Origin: Methanotrichaceae archaeon
Lineage (GTDB): Archaea > Halobacteriota > Methanosarcinia > Methanotrichales > Methanotrichaceae
Direction: 5' to 3'
Assembly (NCBI GenBank): GCA_963754945.1
Contig: CAVWIG010000018.1
Coordinates: 32,001-96,000 of the forward strand
DNA: 64,000 nucleotides
How positions within the stretch are numbered: the stretch's first letter is position 1; every line of letters begins with the position of its first letter. Below, one piece after another: positions 1 through 9,206 of this stretch. Below the pieces are notes generated by a model. That model was not told the DNA's origin, searched no databases, and saw only the letters and a list, made by a program, of their open reading frames with translations. Position numbers and translations under genes: made by a program.

Positions 1-774
1 GCCAGCGGAAACAGGATCTTCGAGAACCCGGAGTCGACGGCCAACCCCATAATCTACATACTGTTCATCATAGGCTTTACAGCCCTGCTGCTCATAGCCA
101 TGAGGTTGAAGAAAGGATGGATGGTCGGCGGATTCATAATTCTCTCCATAGCGGCAACAATATACTACATCCTGTCGACCTTCGTGGCCCCGGTTCCCGG
201 GCTGGTCCTGACTTTGGCGTTAGTGTTGCTGTTACGTTTCTATCCGGAATGGTACGTTATCGATGCGATAGGAATCCTGATCTGCGCCGGCATAAGCTCG
301 CTTTTCGGCATAAGCATGACCACCCTTCCGGCGTTGATCCTGTTGGTAGTCCTGGCCGTGTACGATGCCATCTCAGTTTACAAGACCAAGCACATGGTTA
401 CCCTGGCCGAGGGAGTGATCGATATCAAGGCTCCCCTGCTCTTTGTGGTGCCTAAGAGAGGGGGGTACAGCTTCAGAAAAGAACAGATGCTTTCGTCGGA
501 GGATGGAAGAGGTGCTTTTTTCCTTGGCCTCGGAGATGCCATTATTCCCACCGTCTTGGTCATCTCCGCAAACTGGTCCCTTCAAGCGCCTGTCCTCCTG
601 GGCCTGGGTTTGAACGCTCCCGCGCTAGGAGCCATGCTAGGAACCTACATTGGTTTTGCAGCCCTCATGACGACCTCACGGGACAAGCCTCAGGCCGGGC
701 TACCTTTCTTAAACGGAGGCACAATTATAGGGTTCCTTGCAGGGTGTGCCCTAGTAGGCGTAAGACCGTTCTGA
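1..774 (+). CDS. Presenilin-family intramembrane aspartyl protease (PSH), 5' end outside window
   Basis: Multi-TM protein with catalytic YD (AVYDAISV) and GLGD motifs and a PAL-like QAGLPFL; the frame is open back to position 1. Confidence 0.9.
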   Translation, partial: ASGNRIFENPESTANPIIYILFIIGFTALLLIAMRLKKGWMVGGFIILSIAATIYYILSTFVAPVPGLVLTLALVLLLRFYPEWYVIDAIGILICAGISSLFGISMTTLPALILLVVLAVYDAISVYKTKHMVTLAEGVIDIKAPLLFVVPKRGGYSFRKEQMLSSEDGRGAFFLGLGDAIIPTVLVISANWSLQAPVLLGLGLNAPALGAMLGTYIGFAALMTTSRDKPQAGLPFLNGGTIIGFLAGCALVGVRPF

Positions 775-826
775 ATACCGACACCTTTTTTTGCCTTCCC
801 AGTCTATTTATTTTAGAGGATTAAAT

Positions 827-1024
827 ATGGTAGAAGAGGATGCAGCGGTTTTGGACCAGTTCGTGCCCTTCTGTCCAAAGTGCGGCAACGAGTGTGATCC
901 AAAGGAGCTGAGAAAGCCGCTGGATGCAGATAAATGGAAGAAGATAATCATCGAGACCATCTACTACTGCAAGGGCTGCGACAACTACTGGAGCGAGGGG
1001 CTGCTTGAGAAAGGTTACAGATGA
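827..1024 (+). CDS. Small CPxCG-type zinc-ribbon protein
   Basis: ATG 827 after AGAGGA; CPKCG...YCKGC; ATGA overlap with the next gene. Confidence 0.7.
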   Translation: MVEEDAAVLDQFVPFCPKCGNECDPKELRKPLDADKWKKIIIETIYYCKGCDNYWSEGLLEKGYR

Positions 1025-2145
1025 TCTACCTCTATTATACTGATAGGTTCTTGGGCTACAACTTCGGCCCCGAGCACCCCCTGAACCCAGTACGGCTAAT
1101 GTTGGCTTACAAGCTGATAGAGGACTTCGGCTTCCTTGACTGTGACGACGCCAAGCTAGTTGAGCCTAGGCCGGCGAGCGAGGAAGATCTGCTCCTAATC
1201 CACACCCGAGAGTATATAGATGCGGTGAAGACCGAGGAGCCCGATCTGGCCTTTGGCCTGGGCATCGATGACAACCCTGTCTTCAAAGGCATGAACAAGG
1301 CTGCGCGGCTTTTGGCCGGAGGCAGCATAGATGCCGCTAAACTCATGATTGAAGAGGACTGCAGTGCCTTCAACATAGGAGGTGGGCTCCATCACGCCAT
1401 GCCAACACAAGCCTCTGGGTTCTGCATCTTCAACGACATTGCCCTGGCAATCGGCATCCTTAAAAGGCGGTTTAAAAGGATTCTCTATATCGACATAGAC
1501 GGTCACCACGGAGATGGCGTGCAGAATATCTTCTATACAGATCCACAGGTGCTCAAGATCTCCATACATGAATCGGGAAGGTACATCTTCCCGGGTACAG
1601 GCTTCATCGATGAGGTCGGGGAGTACGATGGAAAAGGATACTCGGTCAACATCCCAATGCCCATGTACTCTACCGACGAGACCTACAGGCGAGCTTTTGA
1701 GGAGATTGTTCCCGTGCTCTTCGAGTGGTTCAAGCCGGAGGTAGTGGTGGCTCAGTTTGGGGTGGACACCCACTACTCAGATCCACTAACCAGCCTAAAC
1801 CTGACTATGGAAGGATACAGCTATCTTGTCCATCGGATAAAGGAATTGACAGACCAGTATGCCAGAGGCAGGCTGCTGGCCCTTGGCGGCGGTGGATACA
1901 GCCTGATGGTTGTTCCTTTGGCTTGGACAATAGTCTTCCAGACCATGCGAGGAGGAAGGGTCCCAGAGTTTCTTCCCCCCTGTTGGTCGGAGATGTTCAC
2001 CAACTTCGTGGGACAAGAGCCTCTGTCCCTGCCGGACGTACCTATAAAGATCGGAGAAGAGACCCAAAAGAGAATCTCAGCAGAGTTGAACGAAACCCTC
2101 CTCGGACTCAAAAAATTGCTCTCTGAAATTAACGGAATATTTTAG
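1021..2145 (+). CDS. acuC: AcuC/histone-deacetylase-family Zn-dependent lysine deacetylase
   Basis: HPLNPxR, GGLHHA, SGFCIFND, DIDGHHGDG, SIHE, DPL and GGGGY motifs. Confidence 0.9.
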   Translation: MIYLYYTDRFLGYNFGPEHPLNPVRLMLAYKLIEDFGFLDCDDAKLVEPRPASEEDLLLIHTREYIDAVKTEEPDLAFGLGIDDNPVFKGMNKAARLLAGGSIDAAKLMIEEDCSAFNIGGGLHHAMPTQASGFCIFNDIALAIGILKRRFKRILYIDIDGHHGDGVQNIFYTDPQVLKISIHESGRYIFPGTGFIDEVGEYDGKGYSVNIPMPMYSTDETYRRAFEEIVPVLFEWFKPEVVVAQFGVDTHYSDPLTSLNLTMEGYSYLVHRIKELTDQYARGRLLALGGGGYSLMVVPLAWTIVFQTMRGGRVPEFLPPCWSEMFTNFVGQEPLSLPDVPIKIGEETQKRISAELNETLLGLKKLLSEINGIF

Positions 2146-2205
2146 CCCACAACTGGAAGCCTGTTCTTTCGCATCTCCTTTGATCTCTCAATTAAATCTC
2201 TGTGA

Positions 2206-2538
2206 CTATTCATGTAGGGCCAGCCTTGCCCTGGTCAGTTCATCCAGCAGGCTCCTCCTGGCCTCCTGGGCATAGTTCCACAGCTCCGGCCCGCATCTCT
2301 GGCAGTCCCTGGATGCTTCCTCCATGACCTCCACCAGATCGAGAAGCGTCCGGTACATCAGTGGGGCCGTTTCTCTGAGCTTCTGATCGAAAGGGCTCAC
2401 ACATTCTTCGCTAGCAGAAGGGATCAGCAAGCAGCCTCTGAGGTCATCCCAGGCCGTGCAATCGTCGAGAAGGCAAAGTCTGGCAACGAAAGGGCAGGCC
2501 TTCCTCTCGGCCTGCGTCTTATTGGTCAACTCCATCAT
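2206..2538 (-). CDS. Hypothetical Cys-rich protein
   Basis: 110-aa ORF with AGAGGT RBS; CPF-x4-C-x4-C..C and CQRC. Confidence 0.6.
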   Translation of the reverse strand: MMELTNKTQAERKACPFVARLCLLDDCTAWDDLRGCLLIPSASEECVSPFDQKLRETAPLMYRTLLDLVEVMEEASRDCQRCGPELWNYAQEARRSLLDELTRARLALHE

Positions 2539-2626
2539 GTTCGACCTCTGAAAATGTCAACGCTCATGCAAAGGATCATAAATCACGTCCAACATCAAAA
2601 ATCCCAAAACCTTCAACATCACAATA

Positions 2627-4531
2627 TCAAGACAAGGTCATCATCGGTCTCTTATCAAATACAAGCTTCAGCTCGTGAACTCCTGCCTCGCTCTTCTCGA
2701 TCTCGAACCCCATCTTCTCCAGCAGGTGCAGAGTGGGTGCGTTATCCTCAAGCACCTCGGCAGTGAATCCTAAGAGGCCCTGTTTCTTGGCGAGGTACGT
2801 GAGGTAAGAGTTCAGCTCAGCTCCCACGCCCTTGTTATGGTATTCGTCCTTAACGACAAAAGCCAGCTCTGCCGTGTGTGTGCCCTCATCTACAGAAAAC
2901 TGTCCCACGCCGATGACAGTCTCCCTCTCCTCCCGGCCGATCACGACCAGGATAACCATCTCTTTGGAGTAATCCAGTGCAACGAACTCCTGCAGCCGCC
3001 GGTGGGGCATGTCCTTTCGAGCCGAGGCGAATCTCAGGTACATGCTCTCGTCTGATAACGAATAGAAGAACTCCTTCATGAGTGGCTCATCGCTTATCTT
3101 CACAGGGCGAAGCAGTATCTCCAATCCTGCCTTGGTAATCCTGTGCGTCTCCAGGGCATCAGGGTACTCCCCGGGCACGAACTCCTGGTCCCTGTAGATC
3201 AGGGCCAGCGACCTGGCCTCATCCACCAACCATTGCCTGAAATCAGGGTGAGCTATGGCTATCAGGTCCATGGCCCGCTCCCTGATGTTCTTGCCGTGCA
3301 GGTAAGCTATTCCATACTCCGTAACAACGTAACGAACGTCTCCCCTGATCAGGGTCACACCTGCTCCCTCTTTTAGAAAGGGCACAATCCTTGAAACCCG
3401 GCCGTCTTCTGCAGTGGAGGGAAGGGCGAGGATTGTCTTGCCCCCAGGCGCGAGCACTGCACCTCTCATGAAATCCGCCTGGCCTCCAATTCCGCTGTAG
3501 AACGTCTTTCCGATGGACTCTGCAGTGGCCTGTCCTGTGAGGTCTATCTCCAGAGCGCTGTTTATAGCCGTCATTTTTTGCTGCCTGGCTATGACCAGAA
3601 GGTCGTTGGTGTAGTCGATGGTCCTGAACTCGACCGCCTGGTTCCTGTGAAGGTAGTCGTAGGTCTCCTTCTTTCCCATACAAAAGGAGGCCACGGCTTT
3701 TCCTCGATCGATGTTCTTTTCAGAGTTATCCAGGGCCCCGGCCTTCATCAGCTCAGCAACGCCGTCGCTGAACAGCTCGCTGTGAAGCCCTAGGTGTTTC
3801 TTGCCTGCTAGATTAGCCAACACCGCGTTGGGTACACTACCGTATCCCACCTGAAGGGTGGACCCATCCTCGACCAGCCGGGCAACATAGCGACCGATCC
3901 TCTGGGCCACGTCTCCAGGAACCAAGTCTCGATACTCTAGCAGGGGCTCGTCGTGGTTCAGGAGAAAGTCGACATCTCGGATATTTATAACTCCATCTCC
4001 ATAAACAAAGGGCATGTTAGAGTTGACCTGGGCTACTACGAGAGACGCCGTCTCAACCGCTGCCTTCACGATGTCTACGCTTACGCCCAGGCTCATGTTA
4101 CCACCGCTGTCCGGCGGAGAGGTCTGGATCAGGGCTATGTCTACGGGTATCACGCCCCGGACAAAAAGATCCGGGACAGACGACAGAAATATAGGAGTAT
4201 AGTCAGCAGCAGTTTTATTTACGGCACCTCTGATGCTGTCTCCTATAAAGAAAGAGTTCAGCCGGAAGTTGTCCTTGAACTTCTCGTCAGCGTATGGAGC
4301 AATGCCGAGAGTCCACACCTGAACCAGCTCAGCATCGAAGAAGGCGGTGGGTTTTCTTTCAATGTAGTCGATTAAGGCTCTAACGAGATACTGGGGCTCG
4401 CCGCAGGCTGTGCCTATGAAGATCCTGTGGCCAGGACGGATATGGTCGAATATCTTATCTTCAGAGGCAAATTTTTCCGGCCATAGCTTCCTAATATTAT
4501 CCAAGTTTACGCCCTTTTCAGCAGCCTCCAT
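2627..4531 (-). CDS. Acetyl-CoA hydrolase/CoA-transferase fused to a C-terminal GNAT acetyltransferase
   Basis: TLQVGYG, GLHSE, SGIGGQADF and VVTEYG motifs; C-terminal AELAFVVKDEYHNKGVG GNAT motif A. Confidence 0.9.
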   Translation of the reverse strand: MEAAEKGVNLDNIRKLWPEKFASEDKIFDHIRPGHRIFIGTACGEPQYLVRALIDYIERKPTAFFDAELVQVWTLGIAPYADEKFKDNFRLNSFFIGDSIRGAVNKTAADYTPIFLSSVPDLFVRGVIPVDIALIQTSPPDSGGNMSLGVSVDIVKAAVETASLVVAQVNSNMPFVYGDGVINIRDVDFLLNHDEPLLEYRDLVPGDVAQRIGRYVARLVEDGSTLQVGYGSVPNAVLANLAGKKHLGLHSELFSDGVAELMKAGALDNSEKNIDRGKAVASFCMGKKETYDYLHRNQAVEFRTIDYTNDLLVIARQQKMTAINSALEIDLTGQATAESIGKTFYSGIGGQADFMRGAVLAPGGKTILALPSTAEDGRVSRIVPFLKEGAGVTLIRGDVRYVVTEYGIAYLHGKNIRERAMDLIAIAHPDFRQWLVDEARSLALIYRDQEFVPGEYPDALETHRITKAGLEILLRPVKISDEPLMKEFFYSLSDESMYLRFASARKDMPHRRLQEFVALDYSKEMVILVVIGREERETVIGVGQFSVDEGTHTAELAFVVKDEYHNKGVGAELNSYLTYLAKKQGLLGFTAEVLEDNAPTLHLLEKMGFEIEKSEAGVHELKLVFDKRPMMTLS

Positions 4532-4826
4532 CGAGAATTCCTCTTTCCCAGAATTACAGAAATAGATCCGAACACAGGTTTGTAGGTTAACGAGATATCA
4601 TCCGTCTCGCATACTTATTTCGATTAAATTCTGCACAAGATATCACATATATTTCAGTAACTCTTTCTATTTATTCCTGAGCTAACACCACTAATTTTTT
4701 TCTTTACGTGCAAGATGTAGATGGCTTTAGATCGAAAAGCCCCACGGCGCCATTCTTTAATATCCAAAAGGAGATCTCAGAGAGGATAATTGGTTTTCAG
4801 AAAAACAGGGAGCATCGACTGACATA

Positions 4827-5885
4827 ATGGATCTTATGAAGGAAGGGGCAATCACCTTCGATACGGAAGGCGTCTTCTTCAACCCTAGGATGAGGCTGAA
4901 TAGGGACATAGGCGTTGCTATGGTCAGAGCCCTGGGCATCTCCGAGTACCTGGATGGGTTGTCTGCCAGCGGTATCAGGGGCCTGCGGGTTGCAAGAGAG
5001 GCCGGAGTCGAGAAGGTTACCCTGAACGACGTAAGCCCTGGTGCGTACCAGTGCATCCTGAGGAACATGGCCAGAAATGATCTACAAAGATGCGAGGCCT
5101 GCTGCTGCAACGCCAACGCCCTGATGCACGAAAGGCACTTTGAGACTGTAGATCTGGATCCCTTCGGATCGCCATCGCCCTTCCTCTCTGCTGCTTCTAG
5201 GTCGACGCTATCCTACCTCTTCATAACGGCCACTGATACCGCTCCTCTCTGCGGGGCTCACTTAAATAGTGGCATTCGAAAGTACATGGCCCTGCCCGTC
5301 AAGGCCGAGTACCACCGAGAAATGGGGGCCAGAATTCTCCTGGGGCTGGCTGCCAGGGAGCTGGCAAGGCTCGACAAAGCCATGGAGCCCCTGCTCACGC
5401 ACGTCACAGAGCACTATGTCAGGACCTATCTCCGGGTTCTGCACGGAGCGAAATTAGCCGATCGTTGCCTGGAAAAAATAGGCTTTGTGGAGCACTGCTT
5501 TTCTTGCGGCAACTTCAGGGCCCTGGCTGAACCCAGAGCTGAACCATGCACCAACTGTGGAGGCCGGACTGTCCTAGCAGGCCCCCTTTGGCTGGGGGAG
5601 ATACAGGACAAAAGAACCATCGAGATGGCTGTTCCGTACGTAGACGAGATGAACAAAAGCGCCATTAAGCTTCTGGAATCCTGCCGCAATGAGGAGGATG
5701 TACCCATGTACTACGATCATCACAGGCTGTGCCGGAGGCTTGGCATAACTCCCAAGAAAGTGGATCAGCTCGTAGAAGCTCTGCGCGATTCAGGCTGGAA
5801 GGCGTCCCGAACCCATTTCACAGGCGTTGGCATCAAGACAGATGCAGGTGTTAGAGAGGTGGAGGCGATCTTGAGGCTTCCCTGA
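4827..5885 (+). CDS. trm1: tRNA (guanine26-N2)-dimethyltransferase
   Basis: VFFNPRMRLNRD, SASGIRG, DLDPFGSP, TATD, Zn finger, GPLWLG. Confidence 0.93.
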   Translation: MDLMKEGAITFDTEGVFFNPRMRLNRDIGVAMVRALGISEYLDGLSASGIRGLRVAREAGVEKVTLNDVSPGAYQCILRNMARNDLQRCEACCCNANALMHERHFETVDLDPFGSPSPFLSAASRSTLSYLFITATDTAPLCGAHLNSGIRKYMALPVKAEYHREMGARILLGLAARELARLDKAMEPLLTHVTEHYVRTYLRVLHGAKLADRCLEKIGFVEHCFSCGNFRALAEPRAEPCTNCGGRTVLAGPLWLGEIQDKRTIEMAVPYVDEMNKSAIKLLESCRNEEDVPMYYDHHRLCRRLGITPKKVDQLVEALRDSGWKASRTHFTGVGIKTDAGVREVEAILRLP

Positions 5886-6121
5886 ACAACTTGCGCAGCA
5901 TTTATATTAAGATCTGTTAAATTTGCTTAAATTCAAAACGATTATTATGTCCTTGAGGGTAGTTATTGGGACCTAAAACTTAATAAAGGAGAAGGTATAA
6001 GATAGTGATAGCTGCAACATAGTAGTTGCGGGCTTATGCGGCACGAGGTGACGTTTATTACCCCCTTCATTGCTACTCCCTTTCGCATCTCGTGCCATCC
6101 CTTCTAACATTTGGTTCTGAC

Positions 6122-6481
6122 ATGAGTTCCCTACATCTAGCAGATATAGCCAGTTCCCAATGGCGACTCATTATATACTTCATAATCGGCGGGTCGGTGA
6201 CTGCCCTGACCACATACTTTGCCTCAGTGGGCAAGGGCACCCTATCAGCATTTATCGTCACTCTGCCCCTTCTGACTGCCCTTACCTTCATCCTCATCGA
6301 CGCCGAGGGCGGGAACGACGTTGTTCTAAATTACGCCAGGGGCCTTCTTATTTTTACACCGCCGTGGATCAGCTACGTATTAGTGGTGATGGTAGGAGTA
6401 GAGCGGTGGGGAGTCTTTAAGTCGGTAGGCTTAGGGATCGCAGTTTACGTTACCCTGTCATATTTGGTTAAATCTTTTTAA
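6122..6481 (+). CDS. Small 4-TM membrane protein (DUF3147/GlpM-like)
   Basis: Hydrophobic ORF with FIIGG..G.G..SAF..TLP pattern. Confidence 0.55.
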   Translation: MSSLHLADIASSQWRLIIYFIIGGSVTALTTYFASVGKGTLSAFIVTLPLLTALTFILIDAEGGNDVVLNYARGLLIFTPPWISYVLVVMVGVERWGVFKSVGLGIAVYVTLSYLVKSF

Positions 6482-6523
6482 CATCCCAAAAGCATCAAAT
6501 ATGCGCCTGCCCATTGATTGAAC

Positions 6524-7177
6524 ATGAGGATTGCTCTGGTTGGCGGCACAGGAGACATAGGAAGCGGTTTTGCCCTGCGATGGGCAGAACGTCATGAGAT
6601 CATCATAGGTTCAAGAAAAGAGGATAAGGCCCAGGAGAGCGCTGCACATGTACGGGAAGTCCTGGGGGGAGGAAACGTCATCGGCACGGACAACAAAAGC
6701 GCTGTTGAATCTTCCGACCTGGTGGTGCTCTGTGTGCCTCATGAGCACCTCATTTCGGTCACCTCAGACCTGAGAGATTCCTACTCTGGCCAAGTTGTAG
6801 TCTCCCCCGTCGTTCCCATGAGCTACAACGGAAAGCACTTCGCCTTCACCCCTCCGGCAGAGGGCTGTGCAGCCCTGCAGGCCCAGTCACTTCTTCCCGG
6901 TGGAACCAGGATAGTGTCCTCTTTCCACACGATCTGTGCGGCCGCCCTTCAGGATAGGTCCAGAGAACTCCAGGGCGACGTGATGATCTGCGGAGACGAC
7001 ATCGAATCCAAAGAGGTTGTGGCCGGCCTGGTAAGAGAGGTGAAAGCTCTTAGGCCATTGGATGCTGGACCATTGAGCGCGTCCGGTCTAATCGAGTCTC
7101 TTACTCCCATGCTCCTCAACGTGGCTAGGCGAAACAAGATAAAAGACGCCGGGATCAAGATAATCCAGGAGAGGTAA
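6524..7177 (+). CDS. npdG: NADPH-dependent F420 reductase
   Basis: GGTGDIG, IIGSR, SPVVP, SSFHT, DAGPL, IESLTP motifs. Confidence 0.9.
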   Translation: MRIALVGGTGDIGSGFALRWAERHEIIIGSRKEDKAQESAAHVREVLGGGNVIGTDNKSAVESSDLVVLCVPHEHLISVTSDLRDSYSGQVVVSPVVPMSYNGKHFAFTPPAEGCAALQAQSLLPGGTRIVSSFHTICAAALQDRSRELQGDVMICGDDIESKEVVAGLVREVKALRPLDAGPLSASGLIESLTPMLLNVARRNKIKDAGIKIIQER

Positions 7178-7204
7178 TTCCAAATTATACTGCTTCGCTT
7201 CTTG

Positions 7205-8311
7205 TCATCTCCCAGAGCATAGTTCCATGGCCCTGACCAGGTCCTCTCTAGAAAGAATGCCCACCAGCCGACCATTCTCAATCACGGGGAGCCTTCTAAC
7301 TCCCAGCTCGGTCAGCTTCTTCATGGCGGCCGTTGCTTCTTCATCCGGTCCGATGTCAAATATCTTTTTGGCCATTACATCGCCCACAGTGGTGGTTTGC
7401 CGGAGCGTCTCAGCAACTCGCTGTATGTCAGCCGTTGTCACCATGCCTAAAAGCTCATCTCCATCCACCACCGGATAACCTCTGTGCTTTTCCCTGAAGA
7501 CCAAATCGGTCAGCTCCCGGAGGCTCATACCAGGAGGAACCGTATGGACATCGGAGGACATTATGTTCCTGACCTTTATGCCCTCCAGGCAGATATTGAT
7601 GGTGGTTGCCCGCTCCTCCTCTGAGGCACCTATGTAGATGAAGAAAGCAATCACCAACAGGAGAATGCCACCAGAGAAAAGGCCAAAGATGCCCATGAGT
7701 ATCGCGAACATCTTTCCAATGCTGGCTGCTCTATTGGTAGCAGTTACGTAGGGCATCCGTGTGGCAAGCCACGACCGCAGAACCCGACCCCCATCCATGG
7801 GAAACGCTGGTAGGAGGTTGAAGACCATCAATATCAGGTTCACAACCCCTAGGGTCGCTAAGAGAACTGTTAAAGGATGAGCTGCCCCAATCAATCTCGA
7901 TACTTGGACGTAGAGAAGGATGCATGCCAGCCCAATGATGCCGCTTACGCCCGGGCCGGCAAAGGCCATCTCGAACTCCAGCTTGGGATTCCTTGGGATG
8001 TCCTCCATGGATGAGACTCCTCCAAAGAAATAAAGAGTGATAGACCTTATACCGATCCCATAGACTCGGGCCACATAAGAGTGACCCAGCTCATGCAGAG
8101 CTACGCAGGCAAAGAGAAGTATGGCGAAGGCGAATGAGTAAAGCCACTTGACTTGCATCGGCTCTACGGTGCCGAACCCATATGGGATACCGTATATCGG
8201 CTGGCTCAGATATCCAAATCCAACACCTACGTACACGATGATAGCTAGAAAGGTCCAGTGAAGCCTTACTGGAATCCCCATGACCTTCCCTATCTGGATG
8301 GAGGTGTTCAT
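7205..8311 (-). CDS. Site-2 (M50) metalloprotease with CBS domain pair
   Basis: HELGH, FNLLPAFPMDGGR, two C-terminal CBS repeats. Confidence 0.92.
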   Translation of the reverse strand: MNTSIQIGKVMGIPVRLHWTFLAIIVYVGVGFGYLSQPIYGIPYGFGTVEPMQVKWLYSFAFAILLFACVALHELGHSYVARVYGIGIRSITLYFFGGVSSMEDIPRNPKLEFEMAFAGPGVSGIIGLACILLYVQVSRLIGAAHPLTVLLATLGVVNLILMVFNLLPAFPMDGGRVLRSWLATRMPYVTATNRAASIGKMFAILMGIFGLFSGGILLLVIAFFIYIGASEEERATTINICLEGIKVRNIMSSDVHTVPPGMSLRELTDLVFREKHRGYPVVDGDELLGMVTTADIQRVAETLRQTTTVGDVMAKKIFDIGPDEEATAAMKKLTELGVRRLPVIENGRLVGILSREDLVRAMELCSGR

Positions 8312-8623
8312 GATACTAACTTGACTGCCGCATTAATAGATCTTTTGACAACTTTATCGATTAAGAGCAGGATCTATCACCAGAGAGTCTAATGAAATGA
8401 GCAAGGCTTGATCTGGAGCCAAGTGAGCGGGTAGGAGAGTGGGGGTTCAGTGTGGATTTGGAAAATAAGCAATACCCGCTCGTTATTACTGAAAGAAGAT
8501 TAAGATATAAAGGTTTCGAATGCCAATGTGGTCGTTCTGCAAGGACCACGTAATAAAGCCTAGAAGGTGGACCTAGGCAGGGTTCGAAGAACAATGAGTG
8601 ATTGGATTACTTCCAAAAAGGAC

Positions 8624-9199
8624 TCAGCCCCTAGATCGCATCGCATAAACATTAACCAGATATCTTACCTGAGAGCTGTGTTCTGCCATACACGCCATGG
8701 CGTATGCCTCGGCCAGGCATTGGCCTTTAGCAAAAACACCGTGACCTCGGGCTATGCAGACGTTGTGAGAATGAAGGGCTACTGACACTTTTGCTGCCAG
8801 ATCGCTAGATCCGAATTCGGCATCGACCACGGGCATGGGTCCGAGGAAATGGCGCCCTTCGCTGTCTATCGGCTCCACCTGTTCGGCTTCGATCAGCGAG
8901 AGGGCAACAGCGTAGGGAGAGTGAGTGTGAATCACAGATTGTGCAGTTGTTCCCTGATAGACGGCTCGGTGGACACAGGTCTCAGAGCTTGCCGTCGCGT
9001 CTTGTGCGCATGGTCCACTCAGGTCTACTTCCACTACCTGGGTCCGGTCCAGCTCATCGAGCATCGAGCCCGACTTGGTGATGACGATCTTGTCTCCTTG
9101 GAGGGCGCTGATATTTCCAAAACGCGAACTTGTTAGTCCAGATAAGACGGCCTTTCTGCCGAATCTGGAGATCTCCTTACACAGGGTTGTATCGATCAT
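8624..9199 (-). CDS. Class II aldolase/adducin family protein
   Basis: GNIS, SSE, HTHSPY and GHG Zn-binding motifs. Confidence 0.85.
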   Translation of the reverse strand: MIDTTLCKEISRFGRKAVLSGLTSSRFGNISALQGDKIVITKSGSMLDELDRTQVVEVDLSGPCAQDATASSETCVHRAVYQGTTAQSVIHTHSPYAVALSLIEAEQVEPIDSEGRHFLGPMPVVDAEFGSSDLAAKVSVALHSHNVCIARGHGVFAKGQCLAEAYAMACMAEHSSQVRYLVNVYAMRSRG

Positions 9200-9206
9200 C
9201 TCTGCC

